A program made the position numbers and the translations under genes. The notes under the pieces were generated by a model. The model made no database searches, had not been told where the DNA came from, and saw only the letters and a program-made list of their open reading frames with translations. From Hydrogenophilales bacterium (GTDB taxonomy: Bacteria; Pseudomonadota; Gammaproteobacteria; Burkholderiales; Thiobacillaceae), in contig JBBIVX010000014.1 of assembly GCA_037439465.1 (NCBI GenBank), forward strand, positions 7,293 through 71,292: a DNA stretch of 64,000 bases, in the 5' to 3' direction. Of the stretch, positions 1-8,754 are shown piece by piece. Numbering within the stretch: position 1 is the first letter of the stretch; each line of letters opens with the position of its first letter.

Positions 1-2208
1 ACGTATGCCTTGCAGATCGAGGTGCTCGACCGCAATGGCCGGGTACTGTTGGCGCAGCCGTGGCATATGCGCACCAACCTCTCCCTGTTCAAGGACGCCC
101 AGGGCCGCGAATTTACCCCCGCCTTTTATCTCAACAACGACCGCGTCCCCTTGCTCAGCGCCATCATCCGTCTCAATTTCGCCGGCCTGCCGCCGCCCGA
201 GCGGCTGCGCCTGCGCCTGTTGCGCAAGGACGCGGACATACGCGATGTGGTGGCGCGCGTTTACCTCCCCGAAAAAATCCAGGCGCACAAGATCGGCTAT
301 CTGTGGCAGCGGCTGAGCGAGAAAACGCGGACGGCGCTGGCGGCCGGCAACGTCTATCCGAGCGAGCTGCTGACCGAGGAAGAAAAGCGCGCCCTCATGT
401 TCAACTCCTGGCAGCCCATAGGCCCCAAGGATCGTCACGGCGAGTTGCGCCGCTGGGATTACTACGTGCTGCGCGACAACGAGGGCGAAATGATCGACAG
501 CGCCATCCCCAGCGCCGGGCTGCGTTTTTCCGCCGGGCACTCGGGCATGGTGCCGCTGCCCGAGGAAGGCGGCCGCCTGCGTCTGCATTTCGAGCCCGGC
601 CTCGCCCCCGTCCAGGGCGACATCCGCCTCATGTGGTATGGCAACACGGCCTTCCAGCGCCGGCAGTTCCGGCTGCATTTCGACGGCCGCCCCCTGGACC
701 ATCGTCTCGACCTCGGCGGCGGCCTGCTGGAAATCCTCGCCGATGCCGACCTCAGCGCGCGCCTCTATCTCATCGACAACAAGGGAAAGGAGACCGAGAT
801 CACCCCGGTGCCGCAATACCTGCGCACCTACAGGACCGACCTGGCGCGCCCCATCGAGTACGGCATCCTGCACGTCGCCGCCACCCCCACGCCGATCAAG
901 GTCGATCTGCGCACCCTCACCCCGCCCGAGGACAGCTGGGCGGAGCGCTCCCCGCTACTCGACTATGCCTTGCTCGATCAGGCCGGGAAGGTGCTCAAAC
1001 AAGGCCGCATCGCCATCAGCAAAGCCGACAGCCGCTACGACAGCGTAGTCAACGACTACACCGGCGCGCGTTTGAGCGACCCCTCTACCTACTACTTCCT
1101 GCTGCCGGCCAACGTCGCCAGGCTGCGGCTCCAGGGCGCGTCGGAAGACGCGCCGGTTCTGGTCGCGGTGTCCAGCCGGCCACTCGACCTGCCGCACCGC
1201 TACCGCGCCCCCGAGGACCAGTTCGACTTCGACGCCCTGGGCAAGCGCGTCAGCGCCTGGTTCCCGCTCAAGCCGGAGAACCACGTGCAGTGGCTGGCCG
1301 ACAACGCCAGCGTGCTGCTGACGGTGCAACCGCGCCCGCCCGAGGACAGACCCGAGCTGTTGAGCGGCCGCTATGCCTGGGAGGATTTCCATCCGCTCGG
1401 CGCCTGGAAGGGCCGCCTGTTGCTCACGCCGCAGGAGCCCGGCATGCCATTTCGCAGCGAGGCGCTGCCCGCCAGCTATCAGGAGATCATCCCCAGGCGC
1501 GACACCGCCATCTCCCTGCCATCCTACGAAGGCCTGCGCAGCCTGGCGCCCCGCCTGCTATGGGTGCGGCCGCAGGAGACGCCGGCGTCATTCAGCCTGT
1601 TCGTGGACGGCCGCCCGCACCAACAGGGCCGTCTCGCCGGCCGCCATGGCGAAATACAGCTGCTGCCGCTGAGCGTCGGTCCGCACCGGCTGCGGCTGGT
1701 CAGCGAGGCGGGCGGCAAGTTCTTTCTCAACCACCTCGAACCGCGCTCGCCAGTCTATGTGCAGCGGCTCGCCAACCAACTGGAAAACGCGCTCGACTTC
1801 GTCGTCGCGCGCACCACTTCATGTGCCGAGACCCTCTCGGTGAGTCTCTTCCAGCCCAGCGAGCGGCGTGCCCGCAGCCGCCTCCGGGTCGAGGTGCGCG
1901 GCCCGGCGCCGGCCAGTCTCGCCCCCCTGCCCGCCTGGGTGTTCAGGCTCAGGGAATTCGATGTGCGTCCCGACAGCCGCGACGCCGTCACCGTATTTTC
2001 GGCGCAGGAGGCCCGCACCGATGCCGGACAATCTTTCTACCTGCCTTTCCCTGCGGGCGCGCCCAGGGGGCTGTACCGCATTACCATACGACTGCAAAGC
2101 GGGCCAGGCGGCCACGTCCTGCTGTCGCGCCTGACTCCAGGCGTCAAGCCGACAGAGCGGCTATTGCATGAAAACGATGTCGTCACTTATGAAAACGCAC
2201 AAGACTGA
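1..2208 (+). CDS. Large hypothetical protein, 5' end outside the window; first visible gene of a four-gene operon
   Basis: Frame 1 is open from nt 1 (ORF track 10..2208, 732 aa). No catalytic motif recognised. Sequence looks beta-rich. It carries a module LLPLSVGPHRLRLV that recurs in the downstream giant protein. Its 3' end overlaps the next ORF. Confidence 0.6.
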   Translation, partial: TYALQIEVLDRNGRVLLAQPWHMRTNLSLFKDAQGREFTPAFYLNNDRVPLLSAIIRLNFAGLPPPERLRLRLLRKDADIRDVVARVYLPEKIQAHKIGYLWQRLSEKTRTALAAGNVYPSELLTEEEKRALMFNSWQPIGPKDRHGELRRWDYYVLRDNEGEMIDSAIPSAGLRFSAGHSGMVPLPEEGGRLRLHFEPGLAPVQGDIRLMWYGNTAFQRRQFRLHFDGRPLDHRLDLGGGLLEILADADLSARLYLIDNKGKETEITPVPQYLRTYRTDLARPIEYGILHVAATPTPIKVDLRTLTPPEDSWAERSPLLDYALLDQAGKVLKQGRIAISKADSRYDSVVNDYTGARLSDPSTYYFLLPANVARLRLQGASEDAPVLVAVSSRPLDLPHRYRAPEDQFDFDALGKRVSAWFPLKPENHVQWLADNASVLLTVQPRPPEDRPELLSGRYAWEDFHPLGAWKGRLLLTPQEPGMPFRSEALPASYQEIIPRRDTAISLPSYEGLRSLAPRLLWVRPQETPASFSLFVDGRPHQQGRLAGRHGEIQLLPLSVGPHRLRLVSEAGGKFFLNHLEPRSPVYVQRLANQLENALDFVVARTTSCAETLSVSLFQPSERRARSRLRVEVRGPAPASLAPLPAWVFRLREFDVRPDSRDAVTVFSAQEARTDAGQSFYLPFPAGAPRGLYRITIRLQSGPGGHVLLSRLTPGVKPTERLLHENDVVTYENAQD

Positions 2209-3061
2209 ACTCATGGCGGCGCTGGTGATGGCCGCCCTGGCGCCGACGGTCCAGGCCGACTGGGTGCAGCAACTGGCGGCGGCCAGCAGCGAACGGCATT
2301 TCGTACAGCCCGCCACGGCCGACGTGAAACGGGCGCAGGCGCTCTTTCTGCGGCTCATGCAGGGCGAGCGGGGGGAGGCGCTCGCCAGGGCCTGGTCCGA
2401 ACTCGGTTTCGATCTCGGCAGCGACCCCACGGAAGGACTGACCCTGCTGCGTGAACAGCCCGGCGCACGTCGTGGCCGCGGCTTCTTCGTCTTCCGCCAG
2501 GGCTCAGCCGACGCCTTGCAGATACCGCACGCCTTCAAGGACGCCATGACCGGCCAGATTGGCGTCGCCCTCTTCCGGCAGGGCCGATTCGGCGCCGCCG
2601 CCTGGAATACGGTGCCGCGTGATTTCGTCGCGGACGGCCGGCGCGTCGATGCCGATATGGCGCATCTTGACGACAGCTACTTCACCGCCTTCGCCCGTGC
2701 CAGCGCGCAACGTCACCCGCAAGGCCGAATCTATCAGCTGCACGGGTTCGAGCAGGAAAACCGCCGCAGCGGCGCAGCCAGAAAAGCCGCCGTCATCCTC
2801 AGCGACGGCAGCCGCACGCCCGCGGCCACGCTGCGCCGGCTCGCCGACTGTATCGCCGCCGGCACACGGGCCAGCGTCCTCACCTATCCCGAGGATGTCC
2901 GGGAATTGGGGGCCACCGCCAACACAGTGGCCGCCGCGCTGCGGCGGGAGGGTTTCGCCGGCTTCGTGCACATCGAGATGAGCCGTCAGTTCCGCACCGA
3001 TCTAGCGCAAAGCCCGGCGCGGCTACGGACGCTGCTGAGCTGCCTGGAGGGCGGGGTTTGA
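2168..3061 (+). CDS. Secreted hypothetical protein; weak motif resemblance to poly-gamma-glutamate hydrolase (PghP) / N-formylglutamate amidohydrolase-fold zinc hydrolases
   Basis: 297-aa ORF. Alternative in-frame ATGs at 2177, 2189 and 2213. Signal-peptide-like MKTHKTELMAALVMAALAPTVQA. Motifs IPHAFKDAMTG, YQLHGF and FVHIEMSRQFR resemble, from memory, the PHAGGIE / FHGY / GVQLEIS motifs of PghP-type enzymes. Stop TGA 3059-3061 shares one nt with ATG 3061 of the next gene. Confidence 0.55.
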   Translation: MKTMSSLMKTHKTELMAALVMAALAPTVQADWVQQLAAASSERHFVQPATADVKRAQALFLRLMQGERGEALARAWSELGFDLGSDPTEGLTLLREQPGARRGRGFFVFRQGSADALQIPHAFKDAMTGQIGVALFRQGRFGAAAWNTVPRDFVADGRRVDADMAHLDDSYFTAFARASAQRHPQGRIYQLHGFEQENRRSGAARKAAVILSDGSRTPAATLRRLADCIAAGTRASVLTYPEDVRELGATANTVAAALRREGFAGFVHIEMSRQFRTDLAQSPARLRTLLSCLEGGV

Positions 3062-6000
3062 TGCTGTTGCGCCGGCCGCGTCTGCTCGCCCTGCTGTTGC
3101 TGGGCTGGTCCTGTCTCGCCCAGGGCGAGTTGGATGAAGTCCAGTCGCGTCTGCTGGCGCCCTACGCCCTGCCGCTGCGCTGGGACAACATCGAGGCGGC
3201 GCCGGCCTGGCTCCGTGGCATCCAGCCGGCCTACCGCAAGGACAAGGGCTACCACACCATCCGGCTGGCCGAGGGCGAGTGGACCGAGGTTCACGTCGCC
3301 GCCGGCGAGCAATTGCGCCTCACTGCCGTCGCAGGCACGCTCGCCCAGTCCGACCTGCGCCTCATGGTGGCCAATGGCAGCGGCCTCTATGTCGAGACGA
3401 GCCCGCAGCCGAGCGACGATGGCCGCCACTGGATCATCGGGGCCGGGGCCACATCCGCGTCGGTATATCGCCTGGAGCGCATCGGCCAAGGCCGTGGGCC
3501 GCTGGAAATCGCCCTGTTCGCCTCCCGGCACATCCCCTTGGGCGAGCTGGCGCCGTATCGGCGGGTGCTGCCCCTGCCCGGCCAGGCCGTCTCGCTGCGC
3601 GCTGCCACAGCCGCCGCCGCGCAAACGTATTGGCGGCTGGAAAGCGATCAGCCGGTTGCCCTCAAGGTGACCGGCCCGCGCCGCCTGGCGCTGGACAGCC
3701 GGATGCTTTATCCCGCCAGCGAAAGCGGCCTGCTGCAGTCGTGGCGGGTGCAATGCTGGCTGGACGACAGGCCGCTGCACACCGCCGAGATGGAGAGCAA
3801 CGTCGAATCCATGCAGGAGGTAGTCGTCGATCGGGCGAGCACGGTGGTCAGCCGCGCCGAGCGTTTTTATCTGGAGATACCGTCTGGCGAGCACCGCTTG
3901 CGGCTGCGCGCTTCCGCGCCCTTGCTGGCGCGGCTGCTGGCGCAGGAGTCCACCGATTATCTCTTTCCGGCACTCAACCAGCCGCGCCTCACGGCCGAGG
4001 CGGCACGCGCCGACCTCGACCCGGATGAGGCCGGCCGCAGCAGTTGGCAACGCGGCACGCGCGAGATCGAGGCGGCCGCCATGGCCACCGCCAACGTCAG
4101 CGCCGTCGAGCACGCCGCCCTGCGTCTGGCCATGGATACCCGCTGGCGCGAGGGCGGCAGCGTCGGCGCCGCGCTGTTGGCACAGGCGGCCCTGGCACGG
4201 CCGGAGGATCAGACGCTAGCGGCCCGTGCCCGCCATTTCAGCGGCGCCCATACCTTCTTCCGCGATCTGCTACCCGCGGACAAGACAGAGCCCGCCGCCA
4301 TGGCCTATCGCTGGTTCCGCCTGCCGCACCTGCTGGACCCCGGCCAGGAGGCGCCTAATCTGGTGGTGGCGGCGCAGCACCGGGAGGCGCTGCTCGACCG
4401 ACTGGGCAGCGGTTATTTCATCGCCCTGCCGCCCCGCCGTCCGGCCAGGCCAGCCGCCATCCTGCCGCCTCCAACCGCGCCCATCGCCGCCCTGGAAAGC
4501 GTGCGCGAGGTCATCCAGTTCGAGCCTTATTCCGCCCGCCTCACCCAGGCGGCGCGAGCCCGTCTGCAGGCGCTCGCCCAACGCCAGCAGCCACTGGCAG
4601 GCGGGCGGCTGGAGATTCGCGGTTACACCGCCAGCGACAAGGTCTCGGCCTACAACCAACGGCTTTCGCAACGGCGCGCCACGGTTGTCGCCGAGGCGCT
4701 CGCCGCATTCGGTCTCAAGGCCACGGTGGTCAAGGCGGCGGGACGCGGCAACGCCGACCCGGTGGCCGACAATGCCAGCCGCAGCGGCCGGCAGCAAAAC
4801 CGGCGCGTCGAGCTTACCTGGCAGCCGCCCGCGGTCAGCCCGCCGCCGCCTGTCACGGCTCCGGCGCCACGAGCCGACAGCGCCCGCTACCTGCTACCGC
4901 CGGCCTATGCCCCACGCACACTGCGCCTGCTTGCCTACGGCGCGGACGAGGCCGAATTCTTGCTGCAAGTCGATCAGCAAGCGCCCCGCCGCTTGCGTTT
5001 CGCGCCGCGCGACCGGCTGCCGGATGTGGCCTTCGCCCCCACCCCCGGCGAGGGCGGCCTGCTCTTGCAACGGCTCGGCGGTGATGGGCATGGCGATGGC
5101 AGCCTGAGTCCCGTTTTTGGCCGCCACCGGGTGGCGGCGGCCATGGTCGCCGCCGCCAGCGTCGAGCTGATCTTGCCCGCCGCCAGCCACGAGATTCGCC
5201 TGTGGCGGGCCGCTGCCTCGGCTGGCGGAGTGCGCGTGGCCGTGCAATATCAGGCCGCCGCCGCCTTCCAATTGAGCGAGCGCGAGTTTCTCAGCCTCTT
5301 CGATCTCGACCAGGATAGCGGTCTGCCGCTGCGGCTGGCGCTGCGCGCCGGCTGGCAGGAGACGGACGGCGCCGGCCCGGAACGGCTCGCCAGCCAGTGG
5401 CGGCCGCTGGCGCGGTGGCTGCTGGCGGAATTGCGTCAGGCGGCTGGCGGTGTGCGCGCGCCGACCGCCGCCGAGCGCACATCGCCGGCGGCCGGCGACG
5501 CCGCGCAGCGGGCGCGCGCGGCAGCGGCGCAGGGTCAGTGGCTGCTGGCGCTGGAAGAGTGGGGCCGCGTCTGGTTCGCGCGCAGTCGCCAAGCCGAGCG
5601 CGACGCGGCCGAGTGGGGGCGTATCGACGCCCTCGGCCAGTTGGGCGAGGACTTCATGTATGAACAACTGCTCAAACAGATACTGCTGTTCGACCCTGAC
5701 CCGGAGAAGCGCGGCCACGCCCTCGACAGGCTGGAAAAACACTTTGCCCAGGCCAGCGACGAGGAGGCGCGGCTGCGTCTCTATGCCATTGCCGTGCAGC
5801 GGCAGCCGGACGCCCTGGTCTACTGGCGCAAGCTCACGCAGGCGCTGCTGCAGCAAGGCGAATTCCGTCTCGCCCTGCTGGCCGGCCTGGCCCTGCCGCC
5901 GCGGCAGCGCCCCATCGAGGCGCTGCTCGAAGCGAGCTGGCGCCTACGCTGGTGGCAGACCTTCGACCGCCTGCGTGTCGATCTCGAAGACGCCGAACGC

Positions 6001-8754
6001 CGCGCCTTCTGGCAAGGGATGCGGGCCATCGCCGCCGATGAGTTCGAGACGGCGCGGCGGCATTGGCGTGCCGCCGGCAACGATGGACGCGTCTACGCCG
6101 ATCATCTCGCCCGCGCACTGGCCTTGCGCCAGGCGATGGAACGCGCCCCCCGCCTCGGCGCCGAAACCCGCGAACGCTGGGCCGAATGGCAAAGTCAAGC
6201 GCCCGGCCCGCACCGCTGGCGTGACGCGCCCGAATACGTCAGCGATTTCGCCGGCGCCCTGTCCGGTTACGCCATCGACCGCGACCTGCATTTCTCTCTC
6301 TACAAGGCCAGCGCGGAACGGCCGCTGCGCCTGACCGTGACCGGCCCCGCCCGGCTGCGCCTGGAGGCGCGGCCCATACACGCCTCGGCCACTGGCGGGA
6401 ACCTGGAGGGCTGGCTCACGGCCCGGTCGGCGCAGGGGCTATGGGTGGCCCCCATCATCGCCAACCAGGCCAACACCGCACTGCAACTGGCCGACGGCAC
6501 CTGGGTCGGGCGCAAGGTCGCGCTGGATATCCCGGTGGCGGCCGGCCGGCAGTCCATCGAGGTTGCCGCCGGCGCGCTGGCGATCGCCGTGCGCGTCTAT
6601 GTCGAGCAGCCGGCCCTGCCCCTGGGCGCGCTGCCAGCGCCGCCCTGGCTGGAAGCCGACGATCGCCAGGCCGAACGGCTGAGCTTCGAACCCGTCGAGT
6701 CGACCTGGCTGCGCCCTTGCGAAGGCTGCCTGATCGTCCCGGACGGCGATCCGCAGCAACCCTCGCGGCGATACCGCCGGGTGATTTCGCCATCGCCGCC
6801 GCCGGCGCCTCTAGCCGAGGCCCCGGTCGCCGAGCATGAGGCCCGGCTGCTGGCGGAGGGCGATTTCGACCGGCTGCTCGCCGGGCTGCCGCTGACCCCA
6901 GCCCCGCCCGGCGAGGTGCTCAAACGCCTGATCTGGCTGCTGTGGATCGCCGAGACCTCGCCGCCTCATGGCGAGCGGGCACTCGCCGCCGGTCAGGCCC
7001 TGGCCGCCGCCAACCCCGGCGTTGCCGGCCTGGCGCGCCTAAACGATCGGCTGACGCGCAACAGCGGCTGGAGCGCCCAGGAGATCGCGCAGGAAAGCGC
7101 CGGCACGCGCCTGCTGCCGGTCGCCGGCTGGCAGCCGGAAAGCCCGTCTGCGCGCCTGCAGAAGGCGCTGTTGCCGCCGCTGGCGGACGACGAACAGGTC
7201 ATCGGCGGTCATACCCGCCTGCTGCTTTCACTGCGCCACGGCAAAAAGGGCTGGATCGATTTCGCGCTGAGGCCGGAGGATCTCGGCGGTCTGCCGCCGC
7301 AAGCCATGCAGGTCGCCGTGCAGCGTGACGGTGAGGCGCCGCGCTTCATCACCCTGGCGCCTGATGATGACTGGCAGACGCATCGCCTGGACATGCCGGC
7401 AGGTCATCATGCCTTGCGTTTCTGGCTGCCGAGCCCGGTGGCCAACCAGCTGCTGCGCCTGCGGCTGCGTGAGCGCCGCGGCCAGGCCATCGTCCAACAA
7501 TTCGAGCGGCCGTACCAGATCGCCACCGCCGCACAGCCGCTGCGCGCCCTGCTGCCGGGGCCGGCCTGGCTGCGCGTGGACGAGTGGCGCGCCGGCCAGA
7601 CACACAGCCGCTACCAGCTTTTGTCCGGGCCCTGGCAGACCGTCACCTTGATGCCCGCCGCCGGTCAGCGCGAAGCGCTGTTCCGCCTGCACCTGCGTAG
7701 CACGGCGCCAGCCCGGCCGGTGGTGCCGCCGCGTCCCCTCGTCAGCGCAACGCTGGCCGTGCCGCCCCCACCGCTCCGTCTCGACGCCCAGGTCGTGCCC
7801 GCCAGCATGCATCTGGCCGATGCCTTTGCCTTGGGCGGCCAGGAAGACGGCACCTGGACGGTGGCGGCCGGCGCGCATTCCCGCTATGACGCCGACAGCG
7901 ATGCCGCGGAAAAATACATCGAGGGCACGCTCACACATCGCTACTACGACCCGGCACGGCGGACCTATTTCACCACGCAGGGCCTGCTGCGCCTGCGTGC
8001 GGCCGGCGACCCGACACTGGGACTGACGGTGCGCGCCGACCGGCACCTCGCCCACTGGCCGCTCGACGCCTTCGCCGAGGGCAGCGTCCATGCCCAGACC
8101 CTGCCCTTCGTCGGCAACGACTGGTCCGCCCATCTCAAGGCCGGCCTCAGCCAGCACCGCGACATCGACCCCATGACCTGGCATACGCCCTGGCTGACGG
8201 CCTATGCGCGCCAAACGGGGGCCGGCGACGCGCTCAGCCCCGAAAGGGTGGACCAGGACATCCACACCCGCTACCAGGCGCAGCACCGCTTCGGTTACGA
8301 GATCGGTGACCGCCTGAGCTACCGCCCGTGGCTGGACAGCCTGTTGCAGACCGGCCTCGGTGTCACCAGCAACCAGAATCTGGTGACGCCCGACAAGGCG
8401 CGCCTGACGGTGCGGTGGCAACAGTTGCTGGGCCGCTGGCAGGCCGATGCGCACGCCGCCTGGACACATTATTTCGACGATGCCGACCGCGTCAGCGCCC
8501 TCGACCGGCGCGAGCTCGGCCTGCGCCTCGCCTGGGAAGGCTGGCGGCCCAACCAGGATCGCCTGGAGCTTCTCTTCGATCTCACCCATCACTTCGACGC
8601 CGGCTTCACCTCGGGCTGGCTCGGCCTGAGCTGGCATCTGGAACACGGCCGCGGCTACCGCGACTGGCCACCCGGCACGGTCGATTTCCGCGATCTCAGA
8701 CAACGCAATCTGCCCGATCGCCCCAACAACCGCATCGAGGCCGGCGAGCCATGA
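3058..8754 (+). CDS. Giant secreted envelope protein (about 1898 aa): beta-sandwich-like modules, internal OmpA-like peptidoglycan-binding domain, helical repeat region, C-terminal putative outer-membrane beta-barrel
   Basis: One uninterrupted ORF; TTG at 3058 or ATG at 3061. Signal peptide MLLRRPRLLALLLLGWSCLAQGE. OmpA_C-like block LEIRGYTASDKVSAYNQRLSQRRATVVAEAL...NRRVELTW. Helical Ala/Leu/Arg/Trp-rich block of roughly aa 820-1060. The last roughly 330 aa are rich in alternating aromatic/polar beta-strand patterns (GLRLAWEGW, LELLFDLTHHF, GWLGLSWHLEHG). Confidence 0.75.
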   Translation: MMLLRRPRLLALLLLGWSCLAQGELDEVQSRLLAPYALPLRWDNIEAAPAWLRGIQPAYRKDKGYHTIRLAEGEWTEVHVAAGEQLRLTAVAGTLAQSDLRLMVANGSGLYVETSPQPSDDGRHWIIGAGATSASVYRLERIGQGRGPLEIALFASRHIPLGELAPYRRVLPLPGQAVSLRAATAAAAQTYWRLESDQPVALKVTGPRRLALDSRMLYPASESGLLQSWRVQCWLDDRPLHTAEMESNVESMQEVVVDRASTVVSRAERFYLEIPSGEHRLRLRASAPLLARLLAQESTDYLFPALNQPRLTAEAARADLDPDEAGRSSWQRGTREIEAAAMATANVSAVEHAALRLAMDTRWREGGSVGAALLAQAALARPEDQTLAARARHFSGAHTFFRDLLPADKTEPAAMAYRWFRLPHLLDPGQEAPNLVVAAQHREALLDRLGSGYFIALPPRRPARPAAILPPPTAPIAALESVREVIQFEPYSARLTQAARARLQALAQRQQPLAGGRLEIRGYTASDKVSAYNQRLSQRRATVVAEALAAFGLKATVVKAAGRGNADPVADNASRSGRQQNRRVELTWQPPAVSPPPPVTAPAPRADSARYLLPPAYAPRTLRLLAYGADEAEFLLQVDQQAPRRLRFAPRDRLPDVAFAPTPGEGGLLLQRLGGDGHGDGSLSPVFGRHRVAAAMVAAASVELILPAASHEIRLWRAAASAGGVRVAVQYQAAAAFQLSEREFLSLFDLDQDSGLPLRLALRAGWQETDGAGPERLASQWRPLARWLLAELRQAAGGVRAPTAAERTSPAAGDAAQRARAAAAQGQWLLALEEWGRVWFARSRQAERDAAEWGRIDALGQLGEDFMYEQLLKQILLFDPDPEKRGHALDRLEKHFAQASDEEARLRLYAIAVQRQPDALVYWRKLTQALLQQGEFRLALLAGLALPPRQRPIEALLEASWRLRWWQTFDRLRVDLEDAERRAFWQGMRAIAADEFETARRHWRAAGNDGRVYADHLARALALRQAMERAPRLGAETRERWAEWQSQAPGPHRWRDAPEYVSDFAGALSGYAIDRDLHFSLYKASAERPLRLTVTGPARLRLEARPIHASATGGNLEGWLTARSAQGLWVAPIIANQANTALQLADGTWVGRKVALDIPVAAGRQSIEVAAGALAIAVRVYVEQPALPLGALPAPPWLEADDRQAERLSFEPVESTWLRPCEGCLIVPDGDPQQPSRRYRRVISPSPPPAPLAEAPVAEHEARLLAEGDFDRLLAGLPLTPAPPGEVLKRLIWLLWIAETSPPHGERALAAGQALAAANPGVAGLARLNDRLTRNSGWSAQEIAQESAGTRLLPVAGWQPESPSARLQKALLPPLADDEQVIGGHTRLLLSLRHGKKGWIDFALRPEDLGGLPPQAMQVAVQRDGEAPRFITLAPDDDWQTHRLDMPAGHHALRFWLPSPVANQLLRLRLRERRGQAIVQQFERPYQIATAAQPLRALLPGPAWLRVDEWRAGQTHSRYQLLSGPWQTVTLMPAAGQREALFRLHLRSTAPARPVVPPRPLVSATLAVPPPPLRLDAQVVPASMHLADAFALGGQEDGTWTVAAGAHSRYDADSDAAEKYIEGTLTHRYYDPARRTYFTTQGLLRLRAAGDPTLGLTVRADRHLAHWPLDAFAEGSVHAQTLPFVGNDWSAHLKAGLSQHRDIDPMTWHTPWLTAYARQTGAGDALSPERVDQDIHTRYQAQHRFGYEIGDRLSYRPWLDSLLQTGLGVTSNQNLVTPDKARLTVRWQQLLGRWQADAHAAWTHYFDDADRVSALDRRELGLRLAWEGWRPNQDRLELLFDLTHHFDAGFTSGWLGLSWHLEHGRGYRDWPPGTVDFRDLRQRNLPDRPNNRIEAGEP
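4501..4821 (+). other. OmpA-like (OmpA_C / MotB-type) peptidoglycan-binding domain embedded in the giant protein
   Basis: VREVIQFEPYSARLTQAARARLQALA...LEIRGYTASDKVSAYNQRLSQRRATVVAEALAAFGL...GRGNADPVADNASRSGRQQNRRVELTW. This matches the classic N-x2-L-S-x2-RA and NRRVE signatures. Confidence 0.75.

Noticed and set aside
60-2171. 703-aa alternative-frame ORF overlapping the first gene
   Set aside because: The translation is extremely Arg/Pro/Ala-rich (RRPAAARAAAPAP...), typical of an off-frame reading of GC-rich coding DNA. The frame-1 product has normal protein-like composition.
8328-8750. Upstream 141-codon extension of the ligase ORF as given in the ORF track
   Set aside because: The extension overlaps the 3' end of the giant gene in another frame and is Arg/Pro-rich. 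An ATG at 8751 forms an ATGA overlap with the upstream stop and begins normal-looking sequence.
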